64,000 nucleotides of DNA from Amphiscolops sp. MND2022 (taxonomy: Eukaryota): positions 43,588,001 through 43,652,000 of the forward strand of contig OZ076409.1 in the NCBI GenBank assembly GCA_964187785.1. Direction: 5' to 3'. The position numbers were made by a program, and so were the translations under genes. The notes beneath the pieces are model-generated. The model saw only the letters and a program-made list of their open reading frames with translations, was not told where the DNA came from and ran no database searches. This document shows, in pieces, positions 40,716 to 52,850 of this stretch; positions within the stretch are counted from its first letter, which is position 1; each line of letters opens with the position of its first letter.

Positions 40716-43700
40716 GATATGTTTCCTTATTTGTAAAAAAATTGTTTGCGTTTCATAGTATCTTGCCATTGGTTGATGATACATTGAGCTAGAATCGAGA
40801 TTATACTGGCCGTATACTTTCTAAGAAAAAAGTAGAAGAGATTTCTCATCTGACAACCGTTTTATCTGATTTTATCTAGAAGTATTACATGGCGCAATCA
40901 GCAGTTTTGAAAACTGATTGATTTTATTGAATCAAAGAAATAAACAAAGTTGAAGTACCGAACCTCGAGGCCACATCAGATTAAAAAATTTTCACACCGA
41001 AACAGTGGCTCGAGAGATTCAGACAGAGCACATAAAGAAAGTTCAAATTAGACATCGCAGAACTAATATGGGATGTTGAAATGGCATAAAACAGTTGGAC
41101 CGACAAAGAAACGGAAATACAAGAAAATTTCATAATGGGCATCGGTCCCGAGGCTCTGTACCAAATGACACTGGCAGAATACAAAACAGAATCCGACAAG
41201 GTACAAATAAAAGGTTTCATCAGATTATTCGATGAAAATTTCTTACCAAAAAGCAACACTGACCACAATTGCAGAGAACACTTCTGGACAAGACAGAGCG
41301 TAACCGAAACACCAGAAGACCTATGGCGGCGATTGATAGAAATTGAAAAAATTGCGCATTTGAAGGAATAACAGCCGAAGACCTACTCACCTCAAACGCT
41401 TTGACCGCAATTAAGGACATGAAACTCCGAGACAAGTTAATGGAAGAAACGAAATTAAAACTGAACAAAACAATCGAAGTGCTTAACAAAACACATACGA
41501 AAGAAAAAAATCGGAAAAAGGGAATGCTGGAAGCCCTAATCAGAAACCTAGAAAAAAATGGAAACTTTCGGTACAAGATCGAACAATAGAACCACAAACG
41601 ACAAACCATGTAATTTCTGCAATGCACCAAACTGGAATCCATCAAACAAAAACCTGGCGTTAGGTAAATTATCTAAAAAATATGGGAAAATCGGACAATT
41701 TGCGAGAGCATGCAGACAAAATTATAATTACAAACCGAAAAAAACGAAACGTAACCGAAGAAAAGATCAGTTGGAGAAGTATCCGACAAACCAGAATCAA
41801 GCATAAACCGAATTGAGAAGAAAATAGAATCACCGACAAAAATACTTGACAACGATAGTGAAAACAATTGGTACGGAAAAAGAATTCACTTTAGAGACCG
41901 GTTCACCGATTTCGATAACGCTGGCTGACAACAACATCTTGAAGAAAACCGCAATTGAGATAGTGATACACCGATACCGAGATGACAACAAAGACGCAAA
42001 ATTCTGCAAACAAATACCGGCAGATTTTGAATACGAAAACAACAAACAGAAAACACTGATCACCGAAAGAGATGATATAACACCGCTGCTCGGATTGGAC
42101 TGGATGAAGAAATTTAATCTAACAATCAGAAACATCTGCTGGGAAGAAAACAACCAATCGGAAAAAGGGAGTGATTGAAAAGTTCCCGGATCTGTTCAAG
42201 AATAACACTACATTGAAAGAATTTGAAATAAACATACAACCTAAACCGGGACATCATCCGGTAAAACAAGAAGCGAGACCAATACCATTACATCTCCAAG
42301 ATGAAGTCGGTAAAAACTAGGAAAAACTAAGAAAAACGGGACATCTGGAGAAAGTGAAACATGTAGACAAGTTTGTTTTGTATCTCCCGTAGAAATTACG
42401 GTAAAGAACGACAAGTCAAAAAAAATGCATTAGACTCAAGAAAATTGAACGACGGCTGCATAAAAATCTGACCACACATGCTCAACGTGGAAGAGTTGTT
42501 CCACCAAATTTCGGTAGAAATCACAAGAGATCGAACAACGAAAATGATGATATCAACAATTGAGTTATACTACGCATATGGTCAGATGGAATTGTCAAAA
42601 GAAACAAGTCAACAATGTGTATTTGCAATAACCGGGGAAAATTTAGCGGTTATTACAGTTTCGAGAAAAGTTTTTACGAACCAGCTGATATCCTGACTGT
42701 TTTCGAAGAAAAGATAGACCGATTATTAGAGTATTCAACACCGGCCTGGATAGACGACATAATTGTAGTGACTCACCCAACGAGACCGGGATGAACACGA
42801 AAAGAAATTGTTCGATGTACTGAAGAACTTCAAAAATCCAGGATATCGGGCAAAATCTAAAGTTTACCAGCTAACTTAGTAGAAATCCGGTAGAAGAAGC
42901 GGCGGTCGAAGACGTATACGGTGAGCAAAACGTAATTAATTTCCTCTCCGAACAAGCCGAATTAAAGATTAAACACGGTTCATTTTTCGAAAAACAATCA
43001 CACAACGTTACCGGAAAAAATGATACAACTGAAGTAAAATTTCGTAACGAAATAAAACAGTAAAACATTCGATAACAACCGAAATGTGAACAAAATGTGC
43101 AAACCAGCGAAATTTACACCGAATTACACATCAATTTCTAAACAATTCATTAAACCTACCTCTATTTGAGAAAGCCATGGATCGCGAATACTTCCTATGG
43201 GAGGCCACGATCGAGAATATGTGGAACTATTCAGAAGAAAAAGATAAAGCCCGGAAACTTTGAGTTCGACTTGAATGACCAACGACTGATTTGTGCTCCG
43301 TCAAGGCGCAACAAAAGAATCTGTGAGAAACGGCAGAGATAGACGGCGAACTGCTAAACCGTGCAAAAGGATTTCAACTGTTCGAAGAAAGAGCAGAAGA
43401 AAACGAACAGCCACAAGAAGAATTAGGAGAAAACCAGCTCAAAAGTGAAGGCGAAAGCCAAATATTCAGAGGAGATATTTTAGCGACTGTACACCTAAAG
43501 GCCTTTAATACAGAAGGAAAAGAAGCACAATTCATACAAACAACCAAATTATCGAAGTGATGACCGGAGACAAAAAAACCACCGAAGTGACAATGAATGA
43601 AGCGGAATTCAATTTCATGCTGGATATACCAACGCTTATTGCACAGTCTGCCACTGATGCCAAACATTACCGTGTCAAAGATGATATACGAAGAGACAGA

Positions 43701-45678
43701 AAAACTCACGGCACCGGAACAATATCGACCACAATTTGAAAAACTGTCCCCTAATGGGTCCTAACATATAACGATGAGAAGAGAGATGAGAAAAAACCTA
43801 TGGAGACTCTGCATTTTGGTCACGCCGGAACGACCAAAATGTTAGCGGATTCCTGAATATTCTGGAAGGCGAACATTTCAAAAGAAATCGAAGACCGAAC
43901 GAAATTTGCGTAGCCTGCATGGCATCGGGAAAGAATTTGAACAGTCAAATACCAAAAAATGAAACACGAAAATTGAAAGCCCTAATTGAACCGGGACAGG
44001 AAATACGAAACGATTTTTCCGGGATTTTGAATAACCAAAAACTAAACAATTATCACCAAATACTAATCGCCGTAGACAGATTCAGTAGTCGACCAACCGT
44101 AAAAATCTTTAAATCATCAAAAACAAGAGAAGTATTAATTTCTCTAACACGAAATTTCAATTTATACGGACTCCCAGAAAAGATTGAAACGGACAAAATT
44201 AATATCAAAAGACTACAAAGAGTTTTAAAAATCCCGAAATTGAAGTAGAATACAGCACACAAAGAATACATACCGGGACCGGAGCGCTAGAACGCGCTTA
44301 ACATACAATAAAAATATTAATTATCGCAAACTTGGAAGACAACTTATGTATAACCGAATGTGTAAATAGAGCATTAAAAGTAATGCGATTCAAGACACAT
44401 ACGGGATTGAAAAAAACACCATTCGAACTACATCACGGTCGCAAACCCAGAACCAAACTAACAAATCTAATTAAAGACAGTAAATCATTCTTATCTTATT
44501 GGTCGGAATTATCAGTTTCGGCTAAAAGAGGAACAACGATACCGATCTATGTGTCCTGAAACAGTGAGGATGAGGTATCAAATCACATGGTCATAGCCCG
44601 GACAGAAACGGAGTACAAAGCAATGACGGAAAAACCACAGGAAAAAAATTTCGGTTAATGAGTATCCTTTTAGACTCTTCGAAAAGAATCACAATAAAAA
44701 TCCCTAAAAGGCAGATTTCAGATAAGTTACAAACCGCAGTAATCGGAACCGAACATACTTTAACCATCGAAACCGGATCAATAATACACAGAAAATTTAT
44801 TTTGGATCCATTTACATTTCCAAAGAAAGGAAAACAGAGAGCACCATAGATCGCCATAGATCGGACACATCATAGCTCCGAAAAACAGACATTGCACGTG
44901 AGGAGTCGATGGCAAATACAACCAATGGAACGAAATCCTAAGGGATGTATCAAACGGAAAACTTAAAATCGTACAAAACGAGAAGGCCGAAACAGGTTCC
45001 GGAAGTGAAGAAGGAGAGATCGAAGACGAAGAGAGCGATTTCGACAACCATGACACTTCCGAAAAAGACGGGTATCGTCCCATCACAACATCACCAGAGG
45101 ACAATTTATAATCTCCACACGGATGGTGAATTAATTACTAGTGAGAGCAAAGCAAAAATAATAATTACCGGAAACCAAAACACTAGACGGTCAAACCGTG
45201 AAAGCAAACACCCGAAGAGATACAGGGGTAACATATGCACAAAACGAAATTGTTGGGTGTGAAATAACAAATGTAAATGTTACAGGAGACAAGTGGAGCA
45301 GCAGAAAAGGGACACCAATGCCCGTACACAAGCCGACGTCTTTCAAACGGGAGAAAACACCTACACCGAGAAATTACAAGATGTAAACGGGAGAAAACCC
45401 AGAAGGGGGAATGTTGTACGGTGTCAAATACCGAACCGAATTAATTTGATGAAGTACCAATCAAAACTCTGATTGCTAAAGACTAGCAATAATCAAGTGG
45501 CATTTTGTTTTCTTATTTGTAAACAATCTTTTGAGTTTCATGGTATCTTGCCATCATTTGATAATACATTGAGGTATAATCGAGATTGAACTGGCCGTAT
45601 ACTTTCTTAGAAAAAAGTAGAAGATTTTTCTTTCTTATCTGACAATTGTTTTTTCTGATAGTATCTTGAATTATTACA
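40716..45678 (+). mobile_element. Ty3/Gypsy LTR retrotransposon (Gypsy-A), degenerate
   Basis: Truncated 5' LTR 40716-40889 plus PBS TGGCGC. gag with CCHC-like motifs, protease LETGS, RT WIDDII, integrase HFGHAG..VDRFS..ETDK. PPT AGAAGGGGGAA precedes the 3' LTR at 45412-45678. Confidence 0.92.
45412..45678 (+). repeat. 3' LTR of Gypsy-A (267 bp)
   Basis: TGTTG...TTACA; its 3' portion aligns with 40716-40889. Confidence 0.88.
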
Positions 45679-46246
45679 CAGATCTCCTATTAATTCGAAC
45701 AATCCTGATCATGCCAAAACCAAAACAAAGTTCTCAAGAGTCACTTCATGAAATAAGGCACTGAGGTTTAAGGAAGCGATGCGCACTCTCAAACAGAAGC
45801 ACAAAATCTCAATCTTCAAACAGTATAATTAAAATCTGTTACTCACCAATTAAAATCGGTTACAAATTACTCCATTTTTTTGTCTCAATTGATGGTTAGT
45901 TACTTTCAACCATTGTCCTTGTACAATCTCCATTTTGTGAACATTTCACATTCTTGCTTCGTTTATATGTCAACGTAGTGTCAGTGTATAATGTACTAAT
46001 GTACGTGCTCAAATGTGGTTCTGCAACATGTACCATTGACCAAATCGAAACTTTAATTGCTACTAAATTTTCTTGACAGGTTGTCAATTCTTTCTTTGTC
46101 AAATTTCCCATCCAGGCGCCTGCGCTTGTCCAAATGTGTCAAAAATGGAGAGCGGTTCTACAATTGTTTTGTTGTCATTTTGACACATGGTGTTAATATT
46201 GGTTAGTTTTGGTTTGTTGTTGTCTCAGAAGATTGGATTAATTTGC

Positions 46247-46475
46247 AAGTGAAAACGTTCAGCTGTTTTTATTGTAATTTCTGAATCATAGATGGCGAGT
46301 CAATCAGTTTTGATGAATATGATGATTAGTCAAATATGATTCTTCGTGGTTTTTGTAATCCGATTACAAAAACCACGAAGAATCATATTTGACTAATCAT
46401 CATATTCATCAAAACTGATTGACTCGCCATCTATGATTCAGAAATTACAATAAAAACAGCTGAACGTTTTCACTT
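46247..46475. repeat. Perfect palindrome, 114-bp arms, 1-nt spacer
   Basis: 46247-46360 is the reverse complement of 46362-46475; centre C46361. Confidence 0.97.
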
Positions 46476-46528
46476 TTTTGGTTAACTTTCAAAGAGTTGA
46501 GTCAACTCTTTGAAAGTTAATCAAAAAA
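46474..46528. repeat. Second palindrome, 27-bp arms (1 mismatch), 1-nt spacer
   Basis: TTTTTTGGTTAACTTTCAAAGAGTTGA-G-TCAACTCTTTGAAAGTTAATCAAAAAA. Confidence 0.95.
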
Positions 46529-47054
46529 GGATCTGTGATTAGAATCAAAGGTCAATATTTATATTTTTTATGCACCTTTTTTAGTCGGCGCTTTTTGTTG
46601 AGATTAAGTTTCTTGGACAATTACGTCACTATCATTTCTTCTCGTTCTTTAAGACAGGTACTAGTGCAGAAAAACTGATATGGCGGTCCATATGGCAATT
46701 GTGGTTTATTGGTTACAAAGTAGGCTTTCAATTCCATTCCTGCTGTGGTCCAATTTTTTGCTCAGACTTTGAGGTATTCTCAACATTTTACGGGAAATTG
46801 GTCTTTATTTTCCTCGATGTTGCTCTGAAAACCCGCCGAATTGTATATAAAACCTGATAAATACCTGAAAAAATAGCATTGCATCAGAGAATTTTTTTGC
46901 ATTATTGGTTCTCTATGAAACTTCCAAAATCGTGCTGAAAAATGCTTGGCAGCCTATGAAATTATGTAAAAGTTTCAAGTATTTTCCACTAGGGTACTGT
47001 CTCTCAAGTGCGGCCCATTGATGGAGTTTTTTCAGCATCTTCTGCTCAAATCTA

Positions 47055-47729
47055 CAGTGGTGTGAAAAAAGAATGCGACTTAGTTGCTCAAAAAGGCTAA
47101 TTTTGCAGTCGCATATCTCCAAAACTATTAAACATGGTTCGATTTGGTAAAAACAAAAGTTTCTTGAATTTTCGCTATAAATACAATAATTTTTGTTTGA
47201 AAATTCAACCATCATTGTTTCCGAAGTTAGAAACATGTGATTTTGGGAGGAAAATATTTAAAATTGCTAATTTTTGAGAAAATATCAGTGATCCATTAAG
47301 ATTTTTTGACAAATTTTGCCTTGCAGATACACTCAAATCTCTCGAAAATGAAGATGAAATTTGATTTTGGATATATTTGGAAAATGTATATTGGTGGGAG
47401 TTTTTGCCAAGTGAAGGTCTGAAAGTCCTATCTTAATACACGTATTTCCAATTTTACTGAACGAAAAAGTGCTCCCGTTTTTGTTTTCTTGGTGATTTCC
47501 ACAAACAAAAACTATCATGGGATTGAGAAAAATCAGAGAAATTTTTTGGTATTATTCCCATGTAAAAATTATCCCCGAAAGACAGAAAAATATTGAAATA
47601 CTGATTTTTGCGAGCAATCGAGGCTCGTTAAACCAATGAGATTTGAGCAGCGAGGCTTTGTGGACCAATCAGATTAGAGAATTCTTTGCATTCTGAGCAA
47701 CTAAGTCGCATTCTTTCTTCACACCACTG
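47055..47729. mobile_element. Tc1/mariner-type MITE
   Basis: 36-bp TIRs starting CAGTGGTGTG (1 mismatch), flanked by TA on both sides. No transposase. Confidence 0.88.
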
Positions 47730-47766
47730 TAGTGTCAGAAAAACAGAACTAGTGTCAGGAAAGAAA

Positions 47767-47840
47767 TTAGCGGCGAGCAACATTCGAACCTGCAACCTCG
47801 TACTTGAAAGGCCCCATTCTAACCACAAGGCAAACTCTCT
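47767..47840 (-). pseudogene. tRNA-derived sequence (SINE head or tRNA pseudogene)
   Basis: A-box-like TGTGGTTAGA and B-box GGTTCGAAT at tRNA spacing; stems are broken. Confidence 0.6.
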
Positions 47841-48069
47841 TAGTGATTGTAGTCTGCAGGAAAATCTGATGAAGAAGTGAACTTTTCAGAAACTAAGAAA
47901 TGTTTATTTTTATATTTCCATTTATGCTATTATTTTCTCATTTACCGTAAACTTCAAATAATATTGGCCCCTAATGGCATTTTTTGGCACTGTGCACATT
48001 TTCTGTTTAGAAATTTCTATCCAACCAAAAAGTTTACCCTCTAGTTTTTTTTTCATGTCAGAAAACGTT

Positions 48070-48390
48070 ATCTCTCTCAACTCACCATTGTTGGGCCTCG
48101 AGCAAGTCTTTCATCTCTAGCTTAGTGGTATTGTCAGTGACAAAAAATAACGCATTTGGCGGAGAAAAGCAAAATAAAAAGAGCAACGGTGAGCAGTCAG
48201 AGCTTTGTGACCTTGAGCAAGTGACTCTGAAACCAGTGACAGCTTCAAGTCCACCATTGCTTGACCACTTGGCTGCAAATATGGTACCATAGCTTGCTAT
48301 GGGGAGATAGTATCCGAAAGGGCGCTGACTTAGAAAAGCAAAACTGCTTATTCGGCGTCCACCCCGCGGAATTGGGAAATAAACTTTCTT
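48070..48390 (-). repeat. SINE-like interspersed repeat, copy 1
   Basis: Inverted homologue of 49452-49642 plus 50404-50488. Has A-box-like AGCCAAGTGGTCAAG and a (GA)n tail. Confidence 0.65.
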
Positions 48391-48722
48391 CTCCTTCTGT
48401 TATCGGATTCAAATGTTATCGAATCGTCGGGTTTTTGGCTGTCGTCTACAAAAAACATTCTTCACCGATTCGGGCTTTCTGATAGGCTCAGTTACGGACT
48501 TTACAGAAGTTTTTATTGGACCGTTTTGAGCGTATTTAGAAGACCTGGCGCTTTTTGAGCCTCAATGGTTGCACCGACTTGAGACGTTCTCATCTTCTTA
48601 TTTCAACAAAGAGTAGCCTATGACATTACAACATTTCATTCTGGATGCCCCGCAGATAATTTGGAAAGAATAAAACTGTCTGCTTTAAAAATTAAATTAA
48701 AGAGTAGTAATCACTTTGTATT

Positions 48723-49318
48723 AAAACAAGCCTGGAACAGCACAAGTCCGCGCCATATCTAAGGTTCAAAAATAGCAAAAGGACATGAAAGTGTCAAAAA
48801 AATCAAAGTATCAAACTCACAAAAAGGGTATCAAACTCACAAAAAAACCCAAACGACCGAACTGGCATGTCAGGTAAACGCTATCGCGGGCCTCTGGCGC
48901 GCTAAAAGTGGGACCTTTTCGGATTTTCAAACATCCATTGTTGCAAAACATCAAAAAATTGAAGGGGACCCTTTGGGGAAAAAGTCGGGAAAAAGTCTCA
49001 CAATGCCGAAAAAACTGAAAAGGAGGACCTTTTGGGATTTTCCAGCATCCATTCTGTCGCAAAACGTCAAAAATATTGAAGGGGACCCTTTAGAATTTTT
49101 TTCGAAAAAAGTTGCAGGGGCCCGTAAGTCTCGCCCAATATTGTATGTTACGCCGAAAAATAGGAAAGACCTTTTTAGTTCAGTTCTCTAGGTCAAATGG
49201 TTAAATTTGACACCATAATATTTCGTAGAACTTTTGTAGAACTATGTTGGTCAGTTCGTGTGGATTGAAAAAAGAATCACTATAATAGTCGCGTTTCACC
49301 TCATGAAGCGCCGACAAA
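48723..49318 (-). mobile_element. HINE/DINE-1-like (Helentron-associated) repeat, copy 1
   Basis: Minus strand runs TTTGTCGGCGCTTC ... GGCGCGGACTT ... CTTGTT (subterminal inverted repeat, T-rich ends) with internal GAAGGGGACCCTTT subrepeats. Homologous to 52851-53476. Confidence 0.65.
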
Positions 49319-49451
49319 TAACGAAGTAAGTTGAGACTGACTTGAATCGGTTTGAGTCTGGGGCGTCAAAATGAGTTATCTAGGTTAGGTTCCTAGATTA
49401 CAAAAACGTCTTCAAAAACGCATGCAGCACCGCACTGATGAAGAAAATTAG

Positions 49452-50488
49452 TTTCCCTAATTCCGCGGGGTGGACGCCGAATAAGCAATTTTGCTTTTCG
49501 AAGTCGGCGCCGAGCTATGGAACTATATTTGTAGCCAAGTGGTCAAGACAATGGTCGACTTGAAACTGTGGTTTCATGGTGACTTTCTCAAAGGTGACTG
49601 CTCATCCTCGCTCTTTTTGTTTTGCTTTTTTCCGCCAAATGCTGTAACGGGACCCTCTGGTACAGCAAAATCAACTGATTTTGGAATTGTGACATGTTCA
49701 GAAATTTATTCAAATATTCTAATTCGATGTGTGACGTGGCACTGAGCATGTGATTGCTCTTTTCGCTGTTTTCGCCATTTCCAATGGAAAACGAAGACGG
49801 GAGCAGTCCGAGAGAGACCGAGCGGGAACACGGAATAGACTCTAAAATAGACTCTTTTTGAGGTGCTAACCCCGGTTTTCATCGATTTCAGCATTATGCT
49901 ACCCTAAGTGGCAGAAACCGGTGAAATGCTTAAAGTCTTTTTGCTTAATTGTCCTTGTTTGGTGCTTGGAGCCCCTGCGTCCCAGCTTGTAGCTGTGTGG
50001 TTTGCCAATCCGATGTGTGCTTTGATGTACTTCTGCTGGATTTAGCCATTTGAACTAGCTCGAGCGCTAGTTTGTGCAATTTTAGATCTTATTCCCCATT
50101 TTAGATATTATCTCGATATCAGCCCGAAGATGGAAATTTACACAGTTTATTTTGGCATTGCTTTTAAAGGCTGTCTAAACGGTGGTCCGAGGCGAAGGTC
50201 CGAGACGGATGCCCGTTATTCTCAGCAATTAAAGACTGGGACCAGGCCAGAGAGCATCCTATAAGACGGTTCCCCCACTCTGGGACTGGCTCCCTTGGAG
50301 GCAAAATGAGCTAAGGCCGTGGAGATCTAAGTCCCGGATCATATTCACAGTTCTAGTTCCTCCACTTTTAAGTTTCGATTAAGCGCCAGCGCTTGTCGTT
50401 ACATGCGTTATTTTTGTCACTGACACATACAACTAAGCTAGCGATGAATGGCTTGATTAAGGCTCAACAATGGTTAGTTGAGAGAGAC
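49452..50488 (+). repeat. SINE-like repeat, copy 2, split by a solo LTR
   Basis: The two halves rejoin (CCGCCAAATGC / GTTATTTTTGTCACTGAC) to match the reverse complement of 48070-48390. Confidence 0.7.
49643..50403. mobile_element. Solo LTR (~761 bp)
   Basis: TGTAAC...GTTACA termini, (A)TGC duplicated at the junctions, and a clean insertion into the SINE-like repeat. Confidence 0.8.
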
Positions 50489-51319
50489 TAGAACCTGAAG
50501 CCCCATTACATGTCGAATGCTACACCATACTCACCCGACCACTACTACATAGTCACCCTGGTAAAATCCTTTGGTCACCTTTTTATCACTCCTACTTTCC
50601 TAACAAATCCAAATAACGACAGTAGTAAAAGAACCCTTTTGAATAAGTTGCAACTTGAATTATTTTGCGACAACGTCTTTTAACGCTGTGGCCAATACGG
50701 CCACTGCGATATCATGGATGAACCAACCTTAACCATGAATGAAATTCGAGAGCGCTTCAAAGCCTTAAAAAAACAGTTCCAATAAGGAGCAATTTTCGAG
50801 GTCTCCAAATTGATTTAGCATCATCTAAACTTTGGAACATGGGCCATTTCTGGCCATCAATAGACAACCTTTGCCATGGATCAAGTTTCAAGTTTCTTCC
50901 AAAGTTCAAAATCTCTTTGGAGCAAGATTTCAAAATCTCAATTTATATTTGGAGCGAGAAACTTTTGAAAATGTCGACGTTTTTCCATTTTTTTATGTTA
51001 GTCTCGGACATTTTTCAATAGATTTCACTTTCAAAAAAAAGTACACGAAGGACCGAATAAGTTTGTCGTTGAATTCAGGGTATCCATAATCACAAAAACA
51101 TTAGAAAATTGTACAAAACTTGTATACACGGTCACACACTGAAAAATATATCTGCTAAGTTTAAAATTCCAATATGGCAAAGATGAGGAAAATCGCGGTG
51201 GAGACCTTATTTTTTGAAGAATTTCAAAGATTTTTCTTTCGGGTCGATAACTTCATCCGAATTACTACTATATAACGGAATTGAGCTTTGTAAATTAATA
51301 ATCTGCTAATTTTTCTAGA

Positions 51320-52723
51320 ATGGATGTTACCCAAACTCTGAATTTCCTCAGAGTGAAAGGAATACAGATTCTTTCCTGCCTACTGTGTCTTGTTCTGTTT
51401 TCTATATTTTGCATGGATGTTTTACAGCAATATCAAGAAATGGATCCTATAACGATCACTGAATTTGTCGACATCACAGCTACTACTAATGACCTCAAAG
51501 TCAAAATATGCAACAACGTTTTCATGGATCCTCAAAAAATTTTGAGTTACAATGGAAGTGAAATTGATTATGAATCCTACAAGTTCCTCGCTGAATCTTT
51601 CAGAAGCAATGATATGTTCGAAGGGAAAGATTGGCATACATATTCAACACTGTCCTCTGATAGATTCATTTTGAGTTCCAGAATATTAGAGGAGTTCAAT
51701 TTGGATTTGCATGAATTTATGATTGCTTGCCAAGTTGGAACCACTAACACATGTACCAAACTTTTCAAGCCTGTCATTGACAACTTCATGTTTTGCTACG
51801 AAGCAGTTATAACAATCCATGGTATTGGGCTGGAATCGGCGATCAAAATTTCAATGTACTTTGACCCTGAAATCAACCTTGGGAAACATACTTCCTATTT
51901 GGGCGCAATTATTCTGGCATCCCACCCAGAAGATTACTTACAAGCGGTGGGCAACGGTATTTTCTTGCTTCCCAATGAAGCAGCTCTTGTCGACGTCTCT
52001 AGCACTTACAGAACCCAGACCCAATCTTTCCCAAATGCCCCTTGTGTTGATAAGAAAGGACTTGAGATGCACAACTTCACAGGGAAGCCTTTTTACACTA
52101 CTTACAGCATTGACAGTTGCATGCAAATGTGCTATTCGAAAGTGTTTTACGATAACTGTAATTGTGCTCCGTATACTTCATGGAATGTCACCAACACGGA
52201 ATGCTTGGAAGATCGAAAAAACTGGGAGTGTATTCGTAAGTTGGCCTACGATAAAGAAGCTATGGCAAAAATGCCAAAATGCGCCACCCAATGTGCACCA
52301 ATGTGTGAACAAAAAATGTTTGATGTGAGATTTCAGAAGAAATCAATAATTTCACGCCAGAGCCACCGTGACAGTTGGCCCATTAGAGTCTACTTGAATG
52401 AATTCATCGAAGACGGAAGTGCATCTTCCTTAGCACCCAAGCTGTTGGAAAAACTTGAGAAAGGCGCCAGCGAAAACATATCCGAAAATATTGGTTTTGC
52501 GCAAATATGGATGAAAAGTCCGACTGTAACCGTCTTGACAATCGAACCTAAAGTTACCTTCGTCGTTTTCCTCAGCAATGCTGGGGGGCTGTTAGGAATG
52601 TGGCTCGGAGTCAGTGCTTTGTCTTTCTTGACGTTCCTGGAAAGTTTTATATACAAAACAGAACTGAAGTTCAGAAAAACTGGAAACGATGACCCGGAAA
52701 ATCGCGCAACTGAGCAATCATAA
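51320..52723 (+). CDS. DEG/ENaC/ASIC-family (amiloride-sensitive sodium channel) subunit, divergent, single coding exon, 467 aa
   Basis: Intact ORF. TM1 ILSCLLCLVLFSIF; post-TM1 KVKICNN; Cys-rich thumb YSIDSCMQMC...NCNC...C..C..C..C; TM2 FLSNAGGLLGMWLGVSALSFL with a GxS filter; AATAAA at 52798. Confidence 0.93.
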   Translation: MDVTQTLNFLRVKGIQILSCLLCLVLFSIFCMDVLQQYQEMDPITITEFVDITATTNDLKVKICNNVFMDPQKILSYNGSEIDYESYKFLAESFRSNDMFEGKDWHTYSTLSSDRFILSSRILEEFNLDLHEFMIACQVGTTNTCTKLFKPVIDNFMFCYEAVITIHGIGLESAIKISMYFDPEINLGKHTSYLGAIILASHPEDYLQAVGNGIFLLPNEAALVDVSSTYRTQTQSFPNAPCVDKKGLEMHNFTGKPFYTTYSIDSCMQMCYSKVFYDNCNCAPYTSWNVTNTECLEDRKNWECIRKLAYDKEAMAKMPKCATQCAPMCEQKMFDVRFQKKSIISRQSHRDSWPIRVYLNEFIEDGSASSLAPKLLEKLEKGASENISENIGFAQIWMKSPTVTVLTIEPKVTFVVFLSNAGGLLGMWLGVSALSFLTFLESFIYKTELKFRKTGNDDPENRATEQS

Positions 52724-52850
52724 TGTTTGAGCGCAAGCTTCAACCGTCAGTCAGTTTTTAGGACTCAAAATACTTGAAAAGTAGCAGCTGAAGAGTGAAT
52801 AAAAACACTGAAAGCGGCCAAATGTACAAAATGAGTTACTAATATGTATT

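Noticed and set aside
47767..47840. Functional tRNA gene
   Set aside because: Acceptor and T stems do not pair properly; kept only as a tRNA-derived sequence.
49430..49480. CTGATGA hammerhead ribozyme core candidates (also near 15988, 33745, 47867, 53814)
   Set aside because: No properly placed stem II plus GAAA and closing stems seen.
50780..51215. Possible MITE bounded by GGTCTCCA / TGGAGACC upstream of the channel gene
   Set aside because: The inverted match is only ~8 bp and no clear TSD is present.
51819..52743. Alternative-frame and antisense ORFs overlapping the channel gene, and similar shadow ORFs over TE genes
   Set aside because: Shadow frames of real coding sequence with no recognisable motifs.
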